Of a DNA stretch of 64,000 nucleotides, positions 41,113 to 50,283 are shown in pieces. The stretch is from positions 4,200 through 68,199 of IMG/VR virus record IMGVR_UViG_3300000233_000008, one strand, 5' to 3'. The notes beneath the pieces were generated by a model that was not told where the DNA came from, ran no database searches, and saw nothing but the letters and a program-made list of their open reading frames with translations. The stretch is from a virus. The translations under genes were made by a program, and so were the position numbers. How positions within the stretch are numbered: position 1 is the first letter of the stretch; each line of letters opens with the position of its first letter.

Positions 41113-41739
41113 TTATTCTTTAGGGAGGATGTTAAAGAACACTCCCTCAGATATAATTGTGGTTCTCTGACCATCAGGTTTAATATAGTCCATTTCTGCG
41201 AAAATACGAGCAATACCTGGTGCTGGATCCGAACCAATGTAAATATCATAAGTTAATGTGTGTTGGCCTAGACCCAGTTCTTTACCATTAAACTTAGGGG
41301 TTCCATCGTGGTATACACCATCACTGTCAAGAATGATAATTCTTGGGGGTGGAACAAAGTCGCATTCAGTAGACAACATTACAATTTTAAGTGTAATCTT
41401 ACCAAGACCATCAATAGGAGTATCTTCCATTGTGTTGCCTTCTTTTTCAAAACGCATACACACTGTATTGGCCCTGTCTTCTTTATCTTGCGCTAACTTT
41501 TGAAGGGTGGCTTCGCTGGTTTCCAGCGAAGACCTTAACCCTTCAATAGCCTCTTTTAACGATTTAATATCTTCCACTAAACCATCATTACTATTTTTAA
41601 GTTCTTGAATTCTCTCTGGTGTATTCCAAATAGCTGCTGCCTGGTTCCCCCAAGTGAAAACAGATCCCGCAAAAACCACTAAAAACGCACCGATCCCAAG
41701 CCAAGCTTTCGCGGTATTCGATAGAGATTGTAAGTTCAT
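41113..41739 (-). CDS. Membrane-anchored coiled-coil protein
   Basis: N-terminal TM (WLGIGAFLVVFAGSVFTW), coiled coil, beta-rich C-terminus. Confidence 0.7.
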   Translation of the reverse strand: MNLQSLSNTAKAWLGIGAFLVVFAGSVFTWGNQAAAIWNTPERIQELKNSNDGLVEDIKSLKEAIEGLRSSLETSEATLQKLAQDKEDRANTVCMRFEKEGNTMEDTPIDGLGKITLKIVMLSTECDFVPPPRIIILDSDGVYHDGTPKFNGKELGLGQHTLTYDIYIGSDPAPGIARIFAEMDYIKPDGQRTTIISEGVFFNILPKE

Positions 41740-41849
41740 TTAATTTACTCGCCTTTCTTTTGGAGTTTGTTTCACACATCGTGTGGCATCACTCCGCTTC
41801 GGCGGTTGGTGAACATTTCTATATCATATATAGTGCGTCTAATAAAGAC

Positions 41850-44189
41850 TTACACAGAATAAGGCGCGTAATTCAGCCCACCTAAATACTCCAATTCCCC
41901 TAAAAATGTATTATCCGCAAGCACATAATTCTCTGTTCCAAGATTAATCATAATGCTTACACCAGTAATACCTGGGTAATCATCTCTGCTAATAATCCAG
42001 TTAAGATTAATACTATTTACATCTTGATCGTCATCACTGCTTACAATATTTGTGCCAATGTCTACTGTTGCTGTCGCTGTAACACGCAGCCAGACCTTCA
42101 CTTTCCCTCTTAAGTTTGGTGTTAAAATATTTAACCCAACCCTTAAAGTATCAAATTCTTCTGGCCAGCTAAGGTTGTTTCCTGAAATAACTGGAATGGG
42201 TGTAGTTGTGGTGCTTCTAAACTCGTTGTCTTTACCGCTCCCATTAACCAAGTGGTTATCTCCCAAAGCCAACAGCTTTTGAGATAAAGTTTTTAAATTA
42301 ACCAAAGCCTTAACAAAGGCAGCTTCTTTAATATTACTAACATCGTACTGAAGCTCAGCAACTTCAGCATTAGTGCTCAATAAACCATCATTAAGGATTT
42401 GGATTTCAGCTGCGTGCTCTCCTAATGTTACGTTTACTTCTTCTAAGTCTGCCGAAACACTATCACTTAATTCTTTCTTTTGTTTAAAAAATTCAGTAAC
42501 GTCTTCAACTTTTAATCTGTAAAGCTTAATACGACTATCAGATTGGTTTTCCGAACCCCCAGTAATTCCTGTAAACGTTGCAAAGTTACTTCCGCTGCCA
42601 CCGTCACTGGGGCCAGACATAGAACCTCTTCTAAAAATCAACGATCCAAAAGCGTAGTTATCGCCGCAAGCAAATCTCCAATTTAGTGGAAAAGTAATGT
42701 AAATAACTTTATCAGGCCTTGCAGTGTTTGTCATTGCAAAGGTGGTTTGTCTTTTCATTCTAAGAGTAGAACCGTTGACATGAGTGGTCGCGTTGTAAGC
42801 AGAACTAATACTAGCATGCGTGCTAGTTTTGTTCCAAACATAAACCCACTCTCCTAAGCCCTCATTATCTCTAAATCTGATATCTAAAGATTGAATTAAA
42901 AGGTCGTCAACAGTAGACCACTTTACTTTTGCGTTACAAGATCTCCAATGATTTAAATATTCAACATCACCTTCTACTTTTACAAGATTAACTGGATCGC
43001 TGTTCCAATTAGTCCCGCTTGCTGGAAGTTTAGGTGGCTGGGATCCGCCATCAATAGTGTAATAGGTAGGCACAGTGTTTTGCCTAAAATGAATAAATCC
43101 TTTTCTACCCCCGTCTCCGGCATTAACCATTAATACTTCTTTAGTATTACCAATTCCCTCATCATAAGCCAGTCCGCTGTAATTGTAGTCATCAGCCGGC
43201 ACTAAACTTGAATCAGTTGTGAAATACGTATACTTTTCCACAAACACATTTTCAAGATCTGTTTTAAATACTTTTTCTGTATTCAATGTCCCTTGAGTTG
43301 TTTCGTCCAACCAAGTAGACACACCAATAGCAAAGTATGTTTCAGGAAAGGTTCCTTGGCTGCTAACTTTAAAAGTAGCAGTTACTTTGTAAACCTTTTC
43401 GTTTTGGATATTAATAGGTACTGCTTGCCCCATTGTTTGTGTAGTATTACCACCAAACTCAGCATACCATAGCCACTGTTCGTGAACGTTACCATTACCA
43501 AACCAAGCATTAGGCACTGGTGTTTTAGGCGTATAAATATTAGAAGGCGAATCAATAATCCAATCTGTATTAGGCACTTTTAAGATGCTTAATCCAAGAT
43601 TGTAAGCGTTAGCTTCTTTAACTTCATTAATGGCTCCAATAATGCTATTACCCGGCATACCATAGGTAAGGGCTTCTAAGTCATTATTGATTTGCTGAAT
43701 GCGGTCGTTAATTTCATCGATGTTACCACAGCAAGTTGGGATAGTTGTATTGAGAAGCTCATCTAAGATGTCTTCAACAATAGTAATTCTATCACCAAGT
43801 TCAATTTTGGTGGCATCTAAATCGTTTCTAATAGCTGCAATAGCACTGTCAATATACGTAGTATAGGCCTGAATGTAAGCAATAACCTTAGCTTCGAGTG
43901 CCGGCCCTTCAACGTATTCTTGTAACTCAGTGATGGTTCCTTCCAGCAAAGCTCTTAGTTGCTGAATTCTGTCGTCCGTGTAAACAAATCCTTCAAGCTT
44001 GCTCTCATAAATTTTGCTCAATGCTAAATCAGCATTGCTAAGAGCGCTGTCAGCAGTACTCTGTGCACCCTCTACCAATGGAGTATTGATAAGGACGTAA
44101 TTCTCTAAAACCTGAATAGCTTGCTGCATACCAGGAAGTGTAATATCGTTAGTTAAATCTGCCCAATCTTGGATATTGTTTACTGGCAT
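41850..44189 (-). CDS. Tail appendage/fibre protein (N4 gp66 slot)
   Basis: N-terminal heptad coiled coil, central aromatic beta-rich domain, second coiled coil; next to gp67-like gene. Confidence 0.68.
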   Translation of the reverse strand: MPVNNIQDWADLTNDITLPGMQQAIQVLENYVLINTPLVEGAQSTADSALSNADLALSKIYESKLEGFVYTDDRIQQLRALLEGTITELQEYVEGPALEAKVIAYIQAYTTYIDSAIAAIRNDLDATKIELGDRITIVEDILDELLNTTIPTCCGNIDEINDRIQQINNDLEALTYGMPGNSIIGAINEVKEANAYNLGLSILKVPNTDWIIDSPSNIYTPKTPVPNAWFGNGNVHEQWLWYAEFGGNTTQTMGQAVPINIQNEKVYKVTATFKVSSQGTFPETYFAIGVSTWLDETTQGTLNTEKVFKTDLENVFVEKYTYFTTDSSLVPADDYNYSGLAYDEGIGNTKEVLMVNAGDGGRKGFIHFRQNTVPTYYTIDGGSQPPKLPASGTNWNSDPVNLVKVEGDVEYLNHWRSCNAKVKWSTVDDLLIQSLDIRFRDNEGLGEWVYVWNKTSTHASISSAYNATTHVNGSTLRMKRQTTFAMTNTARPDKVIYITFPLNWRFACGDNYAFGSLIFRRGSMSGPSDGGSGSNFATFTGITGGSENQSDSRIKLYRLKVEDVTEFFKQKKELSDSVSADLEEVNVTLGEHAAEIQILNDGLLSTNAEVAELQYDVSNIKEAAFVKALVNLKTLSQKLLALGDNHLVNGSGKDNEFRSTTTTPIPVISGNNLSWPEEFDTLRVGLNILTPNLRGKVKVWLRVTATATVDIGTNIVSSDDDQDVNSINLNWIISRDDYPGITGVSIMINLGTENYVLADNTFLGELEYLGGLNYAPYSV

Positions 44190-44192
44190 TTA

Positions 44193-44930
44193 TTAGATCC
44201 ATCCGTTATTGGCAAACCTGGTGTTGAAGTTTATGCCGCTCTCTTGAGCAAGGTTTAGTTGTTTTGCTCTAAACAGAATTTCTTCGTATTCCACTTTAAG
44301 AGTTCTGACTTTTGCCATTTCTTTTTCACCATCCCTAGAACCATACACATCGCATGTAATGTAAGTTTCTAGTGCTTCCTCAAGCGTAGGCGGCAAGAAG
44401 ATCTCTTCTGTCTCCACTGCTGGGTAACTAAGCTGAACAGGTTTGGCTTGGTATTCAATAACAAGACGTAACCCAACGGGCGCTCCTCTTATTAGAAGAG
44501 TATTGTAATTCAATGCCTGAGCGCTGAAGAAGTTTGTTTCTGTTTGCAGCAAGTGACCAAGAGAATTGTTTACTTCAACAGTCCCATAAGACAATTCATT
44601 TCTAATGGTTTGCTCTTGATGGATTTGAGAAATCTGTAAAACATTATCTTCAAATGGATTAAGCACACTGTCTAAAATAAACCCCCCCGCGCCTTGGCTA
44701 ACTGCGTTAGCCGGCACGAGTTGGTATTTTTCTACACCTGCTTTTACTTCAACAGTAATAAAGCCTTTGCGAATAATAAACCTGGAATACAGATCCATTA
44801 ATCCTTTGTTAGCAGAAATGATAACTTGATTTTTAATATTAGCTGCCAACTCAGTTGGGGTTGCATCGTCAGTAGAAACAGCTGACAGCCCATTGTATCT
44901 TAAATTTCTAAACAGTTCCGATACCAACAT
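44193..44930 (-). CDS. Head-tail adaptor (N4 gp67-like)
   Basis: ANKGLMDLYSRFIIR, IFLPPTLEEAL..YI, NTRFANNGWI. Confidence 0.85.
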   Translation of the reverse strand: MLVSELFRNLRYNGLSAVSTDDATPTELAANIKNQVIISANKGLMDLYSRFIIRKGFITVEVKAGVEKYQLVPANAVSQGAGGFILDSVLNPFEDNVLQISQIHQEQTIRNELSYGTVEVNNSLGHLLQTETNFFSAQALNYNTLLIRGAPVGLRLVIEYQAKPVQLSYPAVETEEIFLPPTLEEALETYITCDVYGSRDGEKEMAKVRTLKVEYEEILFRAKQLNLAQESGINFNTRFANNGWI

Positions 44931-44941
44931 GGGTATTCTCC

Positions 44942-46639
44942 TTACACGATGTAACTGGACAAAGAGTTTGTATCTTCATCAGTATGTCTGCCTACCGAGA
45001 ACACACCACCAGGATTAACAGTTACTGGCGTTTGTTCAGAAGGCTTGTATGGCTTCAAATAAGCTAACTGAGATATAGTGTCAATACAGTCATCTTTTCT
45101 GGATTTAATACCATTTAACGTAATTAAAGATAGCTCTTCCATAAAAGCCCCAATAATAATAGAAGTTTTCATCTCTTCTGGGAAAAAGATCTTACCTGCC
45201 TTGAAGTGAGGCAGAATTCTATTAAACCTTTGGATCTTATCTTGTGTTCCTGGGTTAATACCCAGCACGCCTTTTGTCATCGCAAAGTTAAAGTAAACGT
45301 TTTTATCAAACATCTTCTCTTGGATCCAAGGAATAAAGCCTGCTTGTTGCCCAGATGTTTCTACACCAACACTGTCAGGTTGGTAAATACTTACAAACTC
45401 AAACAGCTTAGCAAGAACCTTATCCATCAACCACTTTTCTCTAATACCATCAACCCAGAACCAATCTCCATTATTGTTATAAGCCCACACGCTGATAACA
45501 GAATAGTCGTGCATTTGCTCTGTTTTGGTTGCCCAGTCAGTAGTAATATAAAAGTTAAAGCTGCTTTTATTATTTAATAGTGACTGTCTCTTATACCAAC
45601 GAATGTCTTCTTCTGCGACAATTCTATCTTCAGTCGAAGTAATTCTAAGCATAAGTTCTTGCATAAAACCACCAACAGTTCCTTCAAGGACAGCTTCTTC
45701 ATACTGCTGCTTAACGAAGTCATAAGTAAAACGATCTTCCCACGCGCCTCTGAATTCTTCTCTGCTGCAAGGAAATCTTTCACAAACAGGCCACACGTTC
45801 ACATCCCAAGCACCGCTTTCCACAGCTTCATACATTGGGTCATCCTTAGCAAACGGAGTACCATTAAAAATGGTCTTACGTCTAGTAGGGTGCAAAGCGT
45901 TGTTAATAGCTTTGTGAATGGTATCTCTAATCGTATCTTTAGCTGCTTTAGACTTTGCATCTTCATCCGAGATTAAGTCGTCGAGCACAGCAAGGTTAGG
46001 TCTTTTACCATCAATCTTAGCACCACGAATACCAGACTTCGCACCATACATCTTAACGCCAAAACGAGTGCCTTTCTTGGATTTAAATTCCATTGCACCA
46101 TCGGTAATCTTTACGTTATCTGGGGGCAACCACTCTTGAAGATACTCAGAAGTTGTCCATCTGAATTCTACGTTCTTTCTAAAGTCTTTTACGCCGGCTT
46201 CCATAGAGTTACCAACAAACAACATACCATCTACTTTACCAAACCCATCAATCTCTCCGAAGACTGCTAGATACAACGTTAGGTATTCTGCCATTAGTGT
46301 GGTTTTAGCCATACCACGCGCGCAAAGATTAACAATCTTCTGCTTTCTGCCTTGAATCTTATCAAGCATAGCCAAGTGAACAACAGGGGTCGCGTTTTCC
46401 GTACCATTATCACCATTAACCAATTTAATAAATGTAGCGAACTTTAACGCAAAAAGACTAGGAAGATAGCTCCCACTGTTTAATGAATCATAATCAACTT
46501 CATTAAGCCATTCATCAACAGTTATTCTGATGCTGTTCTCTGTAATAAGATCCTTAGCAATCTTTTCAGGCGTGTCGCTAATCAGACCAATCATTACATC
46601 TGGCTGGTAATTTCTAATGTTTTCTTCAAACGTTGCCAT
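44942..46639 (-). CDS. terL: Terminase large subunit (N4 gp68-like)
   Basis: CARGMAKTT Walker A, AVLDDL Walker B, FNGTPF, nuclease TTDWAT...DYSVI, KDDCIDTISQL; GAGGAG RBS before MATFEE. Confidence 0.95.
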   Translation of the reverse strand: MATFEENIRNYQPDVMIGLISDTPEKIAKDLITENSIRITVDEWLNEVDYDSLNSGSYLPSLFALKFATFIKLVNGDNGTENATPVVHLAMLDKIQGRKQKIVNLCARGMAKTTLMAEYLTLYLAVFGEIDGFGKVDGMLFVGNSMEAGVKDFRKNVEFRWTTSEYLQEWLPPDNVKITDGAMEFKSKKGTRFGVKMYGAKSGIRGAKIDGKRPNLAVLDDLISDEDAKSKAAKDTIRDTIHKAINNALHPTRRKTIFNGTPFAKDDPMYEAVESGAWDVNVWPVCERFPCSREEFRGAWEDRFTYDFVKQQYEEAVLEGTVGGFMQELMLRITSTEDRIVAEEDIRWYKRQSLLNNKSSFNFYITTDWATKTEQMHDYSVISVWAYNNNGDWFWVDGIREKWLMDKVLAKLFEFVSIYQPDSVGVETSGQQAGFIPWIQEKMFDKNVYFNFAMTKGVLGINPGTQDKIQRFNRILPHFKAGKIFFPEEMKTSIIIGAFMEELSLITLNGIKSRKDDCIDTISQLAYLKPYKPSEQTPVTVNPGGVFSVGRHTDEDTNSLSSYIV

Positions 46640-46714
46640 TTTTCTTCTCCTCAAGAAGTCTGCCTAAATCAGTTGCTTCTTGCTCTAAACATTTAATGAT
46701 CTTTAAAACGTCTT

Positions 46715-46735
46715 TCAGGGCCATTGCGGCCCTGA
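46715..46735. terminator. Intergenic hairpin
   Basis: TCAGGGCC-ATTGC-GGCCCTGA. Confidence 0.55.
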
Positions 46736-46774
46736 TCGACTTTTGTTCTGATGTTGAATTTCTATTATCAGTCA

Positions 46775-47923
46775 TTACGACTTAATCCTTGTCCTAACAT
46801 TAGAGATGGTTCTGTATTCTTCCCCATACTCTTTATGAACGGTAATAGCAGTTAATGAACCTCTGCTAAAAAGGCCACGCGCCTTTGCCCAATCACTTGG
46901 TTTAGATAGGGTTCTAAACTGTTCTCCGACAACTCCACCTAGATCTTGTTTTCTATCGTGGTGTAAGTGAGCAGTAGCAACAAGTCTGTAAGCCTTAGCT
47001 AGTGCCCACTCATCAGCAAACTGGTCGGCAAACACATCTTTAAGAGCGCCCCATTTAATCGTATCACCATGGTGAGGGAAGCACGCGCATTTACCCCATT
47101 GAATAACTCTATACTCGTCATCAGTGACAACGATGTTTACTCTTGGGTTGTTTTCAAATTGAGCTTGCAGTGCGATCATAATACCAATGTAAGCACTGGG
47201 ATCGTGGTTCCCTTTAATAAGGTGAACTTCTACTTCTTGATGTGTCTCTAGTAATCTTCTAACAGCTCTACACATTAATCTAAGAGTTGTCATCATATTC
47301 TTAAGGTGCTGCCCCTTCTTAACATCCAATACGTTACCAGAATGGGGGGTCGCACCTTTATGGTCATTAGCGTCTAACAAATCACCAAGCTCAATCAATA
47401 CAGCTTTATGAGAGGCCGGCAATCTTGCTACCAAGTCATCAATAGCAAAATTAAAGTTTTGTTCTAAATCATCTTCACCATAATGAGAACCTACGTGTAA
47501 GTCAGCAAGCATAATCCAATTTGCGTAATCTGCTGCTCTCTCGTTTGGTTTTGGTTTAGCAATCTTATCCAGTTTAGGAATATCTGAAAGAGCTTCTTTA
47601 ACTGCGTCAGCAAAACTAATCTTTTCTTCGTAACCATCTACTTTGAAATAAAGACTAGAACCAGATCCATCTTCTGTTTTTCTTAGCAACCAACCAGAAT
47701 GTAATCCACCAAAATCTGTAAGACCCTCGTCTTCTAGTCTTTCAACGATAGAGGGATCCATCTTCTCTTTTGTTTTGTAAGATTTGTAGCTTCTTCTGAT
47801 ACCAGACTCGCACACATTAAACATTTTACCAATGGCTTTGTATGTTAGGCCCTGCTCTCTAAGCTTTGCAATTTCTTGCTCTCTTGCAGTGACTTTAGCT
47901 TTAATCTGTAACATTGAGGTCAT
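46775..47923 (-). CDS. HTH-fused calcineurin-like metallophosphoesterase
   Basis: N-terminal REQGLTYKAIGKMFNVCESGIRR HTH; ADLHVG, LGDLLD, KGNHD, HHGD, AHLHH metal-binding motifs; start after TAAGGA. Confidence 0.82.
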   Translation of the reverse strand: MTSMLQIKAKVTAREQEIAKLREQGLTYKAIGKMFNVCESGIRRSYKSYKTKEKMDPSIVERLEDEGLTDFGGLHSGWLLRKTEDGSGSSLYFKVDGYEEKISFADAVKEALSDIPKLDKIAKPKPNERAADYANWIMLADLHVGSHYGEDDLEQNFNFAIDDLVARLPASHKAVLIELGDLLDANDHKGATPHSGNVLDVKKGQHLKNMMTTLRLMCRAVRRLLETHQEVEVHLIKGNHDPSAYIGIMIALQAQFENNPRVNIVVTDDEYRVIQWGKCACFPHHGDTIKWGALKDVFADQFADEWALAKAYRLVATAHLHHDRKQDLGGVVGEQFRTLSKPSDWAKARGLFSRGSLTAITVHKEYGEEYRTISNVRTRIKS

Positions 47924-47933
47924 ATTGTAATCC

Positions 47934-48713
47934 TTACTTCTTGCTGACATCTGTATAATCTGCGTCTTCAATATCATCGCTAGACGATACGATTTTTTGC
48001 TGAACAATATCTTTTGTTCTGGCGCCGGACTTAATAAGTTCCAGTTGCTGTTTTGCTAGATCAGCAATAAGGCTTTCCATATCATCCATAGCTTTATTCT
48101 TAGTGGTTCCGATATCAATCTTAATAAGAGTGTTCTCTGGTTTCTTAAGATGGTTTAGAATAGAGTTGGCTGCTTGTGTTCTTGCCATATCAGAAGTAGA
48201 GCTTGCCATAATCTCTACTTGTGTGTTAATAGCTTTTTGATAAGCATCCTGGTTTAACACATAATGCGGAACCATTGTCTGTTCAAAGATCTCATTAACA
48301 AGCTTGCCTCTGTTGTAAGCAGATACATAGCTTTCAATGTCTTTCTTTGTGGTTCCATTAGCAACGTGTTTGGAATATCTATCTGGAAATGTTCTTACAT
48401 ACGCATCAAAGTTGGAGTACCCTCTCAACTTGAACGAAACATAAGTAACAGCATTCAAATAATCTTCAACACTGTATCTGCTATCTGTAAGAATATTTGT
48501 ATAAGAGATAAAGTTATCTCTCACATTTTTAGCAAACTCTTCATCTTTGCTAATATTCTCAATCTTTTCAGCAAGTTCATCCGAAGCCATCCTTTTCAGG
48601 TGTTTTGGCAAGGCTTGCTGCAAGAGTGTTTTTGTCAGTGTGTAGTCTTTTTTAGTAGATAGCATGCCAACTTTTGGCTCTGCTTCATTAGCATCTTCAT
48701 CGAAAATAGACAT
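47934..48713 (-). CDS. N4 gp69-like protein (putative terminase small subunit)
   Basis: VEDYLNAVTYVSFKL, VSAYNRGKLV, YQKAINTQ..IM....SDMARTQAANSIL.HLK; GGAGG RBS. Confidence 0.85.
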   Translation of the reverse strand: MSIFDEDANEAEPKVGMLSTKKDYTLTKTLLQQALPKHLKRMASDELAEKIENISKDEEFAKNVRDNFISYTNILTDSRYSVEDYLNAVTYVSFKLRGYSNFDAYVRTFPDRYSKHVANGTTKKDIESYVSAYNRGKLVNEIFEQTMVPHYVLNQDAYQKAINTQVEIMASSTSDMARTQAANSILNHLKKPENTLIKIDIGTTKNKAMDDMESLIADLAKQQLELIKSGARTKDIVQQKIVSSSDDIEDADYTDVSKK

Positions 48714-48749
48714 TGCTAATCCTCCATTCATACCAAGTATATAGGTGTC

Positions 48750-48985
48750 TTATAGGGAAAAGCAACATATGAAATTTTTATAAATTTTTTTGGCAAAGAT
48801 GGAAATTTGATAAATTAGTCTCGTAGCTGGGTTTACCACATCTATCCCCCAACTTAAAATTGATACCCCCCCCGGTAGTTGATTTTTATCGTACGTTTAT
48901 ACCTACCCCCATTGTATCTCCTGTATCTCTCATACTGGGTAGTCTTCATACTATCTACCACGTGTATACTTGTGTGTATATGTAT
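48750..48985. other. Probable genome terminus / collapsed terminal repeat region
   Basis: Non-coding strand switch between the last late gene and the first early hairpin promoter; C5, C8 and C5 tracts. Confidence 0.55.
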
Positions 48986-49001
48986 AGGCGCTAACGCGCC
49001 T
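48986..49001 (+). promoter_or_regulatory. vRNAP-type hairpin promoter candidate 1
   Basis: AGGCGC-TAAC-GCGCCT upstream of the first early ORF. Confidence 0.65.
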
Positions 49002-49042
49002 TAGTGATACGCTCATGTATCAGCCATCAATGGAGAAGTCCA

Positions 49043-49153
49043 ATGAAGAAGCCTTCGCTCTCATCTCTCGGTCGCAATGACCTTCAACTGTTCTTTGCTT
49101 TGGTATCCAAAGTATTGAACGAACATCAATCTTCCAACAAAGGAACTGCGTGA
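49043..49153 (+). CDS. Small early protein (36 aa)
   Basis: GGAG RBS; MKKPSLSSLGRNDLQLFFALVSKVLNEHQSSNKGTA. Confidence 0.6.
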   Translation: MKKPSLSSLGRNDLQLFFALVSKVLNEHQSSNKGTA

Positions 49154-49281
49154 TGACTGTCATCGCTCTCGCTCTCGTGTTTGCTGTCGCTGGTGCCTAC
49201 AATGCTCTCAGTGAACGGTATATGACTGGATTGGTATGCCTCATGATTGGTATGTCAATCCCTCTCTTGAATACTCTGTAA
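49153..49281 (+). CDS. Small early membrane protein (42 aa, two hydrophobic segments)
   Basis: TGATG coupling; MTVIALALVFAVAGAYNALSERYMTGLVCLMIGMSIPLLNTL. Confidence 0.55.
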   Translation: MTVIALALVFAVAGAYNALSERYMTGLVCLMIGMSIPLLNTL

Positions 49282-49302
49282 TGGGTATTCCTCAATAATA
49301 CT

Positions 49303-49320
49303 CAAGGCCTAACGGCCTTG
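49303..49320 (+). promoter_or_regulatory. vRNAP-type hairpin promoter candidate 2
   Basis: CAAGGCC-TAAC-GGCCTTG. Confidence 0.65.
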
Positions 49321-49369
49321 GGTCAGGTTCAACAATGGTGTTGTTCCTGGGTCCATCAACAAAAGGATT

Positions 49370-49705
49370 ATGGACATGTGGAAACTGTTGGCTGCTCCCT
49401 TCCGGATTTTCGGTGTTATTGGTACGGCAGCGGATGCTGCTGAGTTTGGATTGAACTCTATGGTTCGGTCCTATCGTCGGGTTAATGAAGTCTCTGAAAA
49501 GAAGGCTTTTATGACCCATACTGGTAATCTTCGTCGTGCTCTCGATGAAGCTACCAAGGAAGTTGTTCAAGCTGATATTAAGCTTGTTCAAGAAATCCAA
49601 GCTCTCTCTCTTGAAGAGCAAGGTCATTTTGCTGCTGTAAAGGCAGAACTTGATGCTGCTTGGAAAGCTCATACCTCTCGTCAGCCTGCTACTGTCGAAG
49701 AGTAA
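49370..49705 (+). CDS. Early hypothetical protein
   Basis: AAAGGA RBS; downstream of hairpin 2. Confidence 0.75.
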   Translation: MDMWKLLAAPFRIFGVIGTAADAAEFGLNSMVRSYRRVNEVSEKKAFMTHTGNLRRALDEATKEVVQADIKLVQEIQALSLEEQGHFAAVKAELDAAWKAHTSRQPATVEE

Positions 49706-49711
49706 AACCAA

Positions 49712-49738
49712 AGGTATATCCAGTAATATGGGTATACC
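49712..49738 (+). terminator. Possible early terminator
   Basis: GGTATATCCA-GTAATA-TGGGTATACC hairpin followed by ATCTTTCT. Confidence 0.5.
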
Positions 49739-49753
49739 ATCTTTCTACCAAGA

Positions 49754-49771
49754 AAAGGCCTAACGGCCTTT
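49754..49771 (+). promoter_or_regulatory. vRNAP-type hairpin promoter candidate 3
   Basis: AAAGGCC-TAAC-GGCCTTT. Confidence 0.65.
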
Positions 49772-49819
49772 CGTGAGTATCAATGGTGGTACTCATTCGT
49801 CCAACAATGGAGAAAACCA

Positions 49820-50233
49820 ATGGACATCGTTCAAGCCCAAACCTCTGCTCGTGGTGAATACCTCTCTCCTGCTGCCAAGGCTCTTGAAGAAGAGCTGATG
49901 GCTGAGTTCAATGTTCTTCCGACCAACGAAGATCCGAACTACCGCTACCTGAATGTCATCTTCAATGGTTCTGCCATTGGTGGTATGTCGATTCAGGACC
50001 TCATCCGCAATGCTGCTCGTAACAACGAGAAAGCTCCTGCTGGTGCTCCTATGGCTTCTGCCAAGGCTGTCATCCAAGCTCTGAATAGCATCGCTGTTGG
50101 TGCTTTCAAGCGTACGCCTGCTGTTGCCGGCTTCTCGCTTGAGTTCCGTTGTGCTCCTCGTAAGGGCTCTGCTCCTGTTGAAACCAACAGTCAGGCTACC
50201 TTCGAGACGCTTCTGGCCTCTCTGCTTGGCTAA
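49820..50233 (+). CDS. Probable N4 gp2-like ssDNA-binding coactivator of RNAP II
   Basis: Early position after hairpin; YLNVIFNG..IG and SLEFRC..RK loosely resemble the gp2 WLN and LEVRLRR segments as recalled. Confidence 0.5.
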   Translation: MDIVQAQTSARGEYLSPAAKALEEELMAEFNVLPTNEDPNYRYLNVIFNGSAIGGMSIQDLIRNAARNNEKAPAGAPMASAKAVIQALNSIAVGAFKRTPAVAGFSLEFRCAPRKGSAPVETNSQATFETLLASLLG

Positions 50234-50241
50234 GGCATTTG

Positions 50242-50283
50242 ACCCATCAGTGTATCTTCGGATACATTGGTGGGTTATTTTTT
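50242..50283 (+). terminator. Strong terminator with cUUCGg loop
   Basis: ACCCATCAGTGTATC-TTCG-GATACATTGGTGGGT followed by T run. Confidence 0.85.

Noticed and set aside
39001-44189. Diversity-generating retroelement or invertase switching of tail fibres
   Set aside because: No reverse transcriptase, template repeat or recombinase in the window, and the fibre repeats are highly diverged at DNA level.
15709-48713. Numerous 60-176 aa opposite-strand or alternate-frame ORFs inside late genes
   Set aside because: No RBS or motif support; they are shadows of long coding regions.
48845-48910. G-quadruplex on the minus strand from the C5/C8/C5 tracts
   Set aside because: Loops of 16 and about 32 nt make it weak; cannot be supported from sequence alone.
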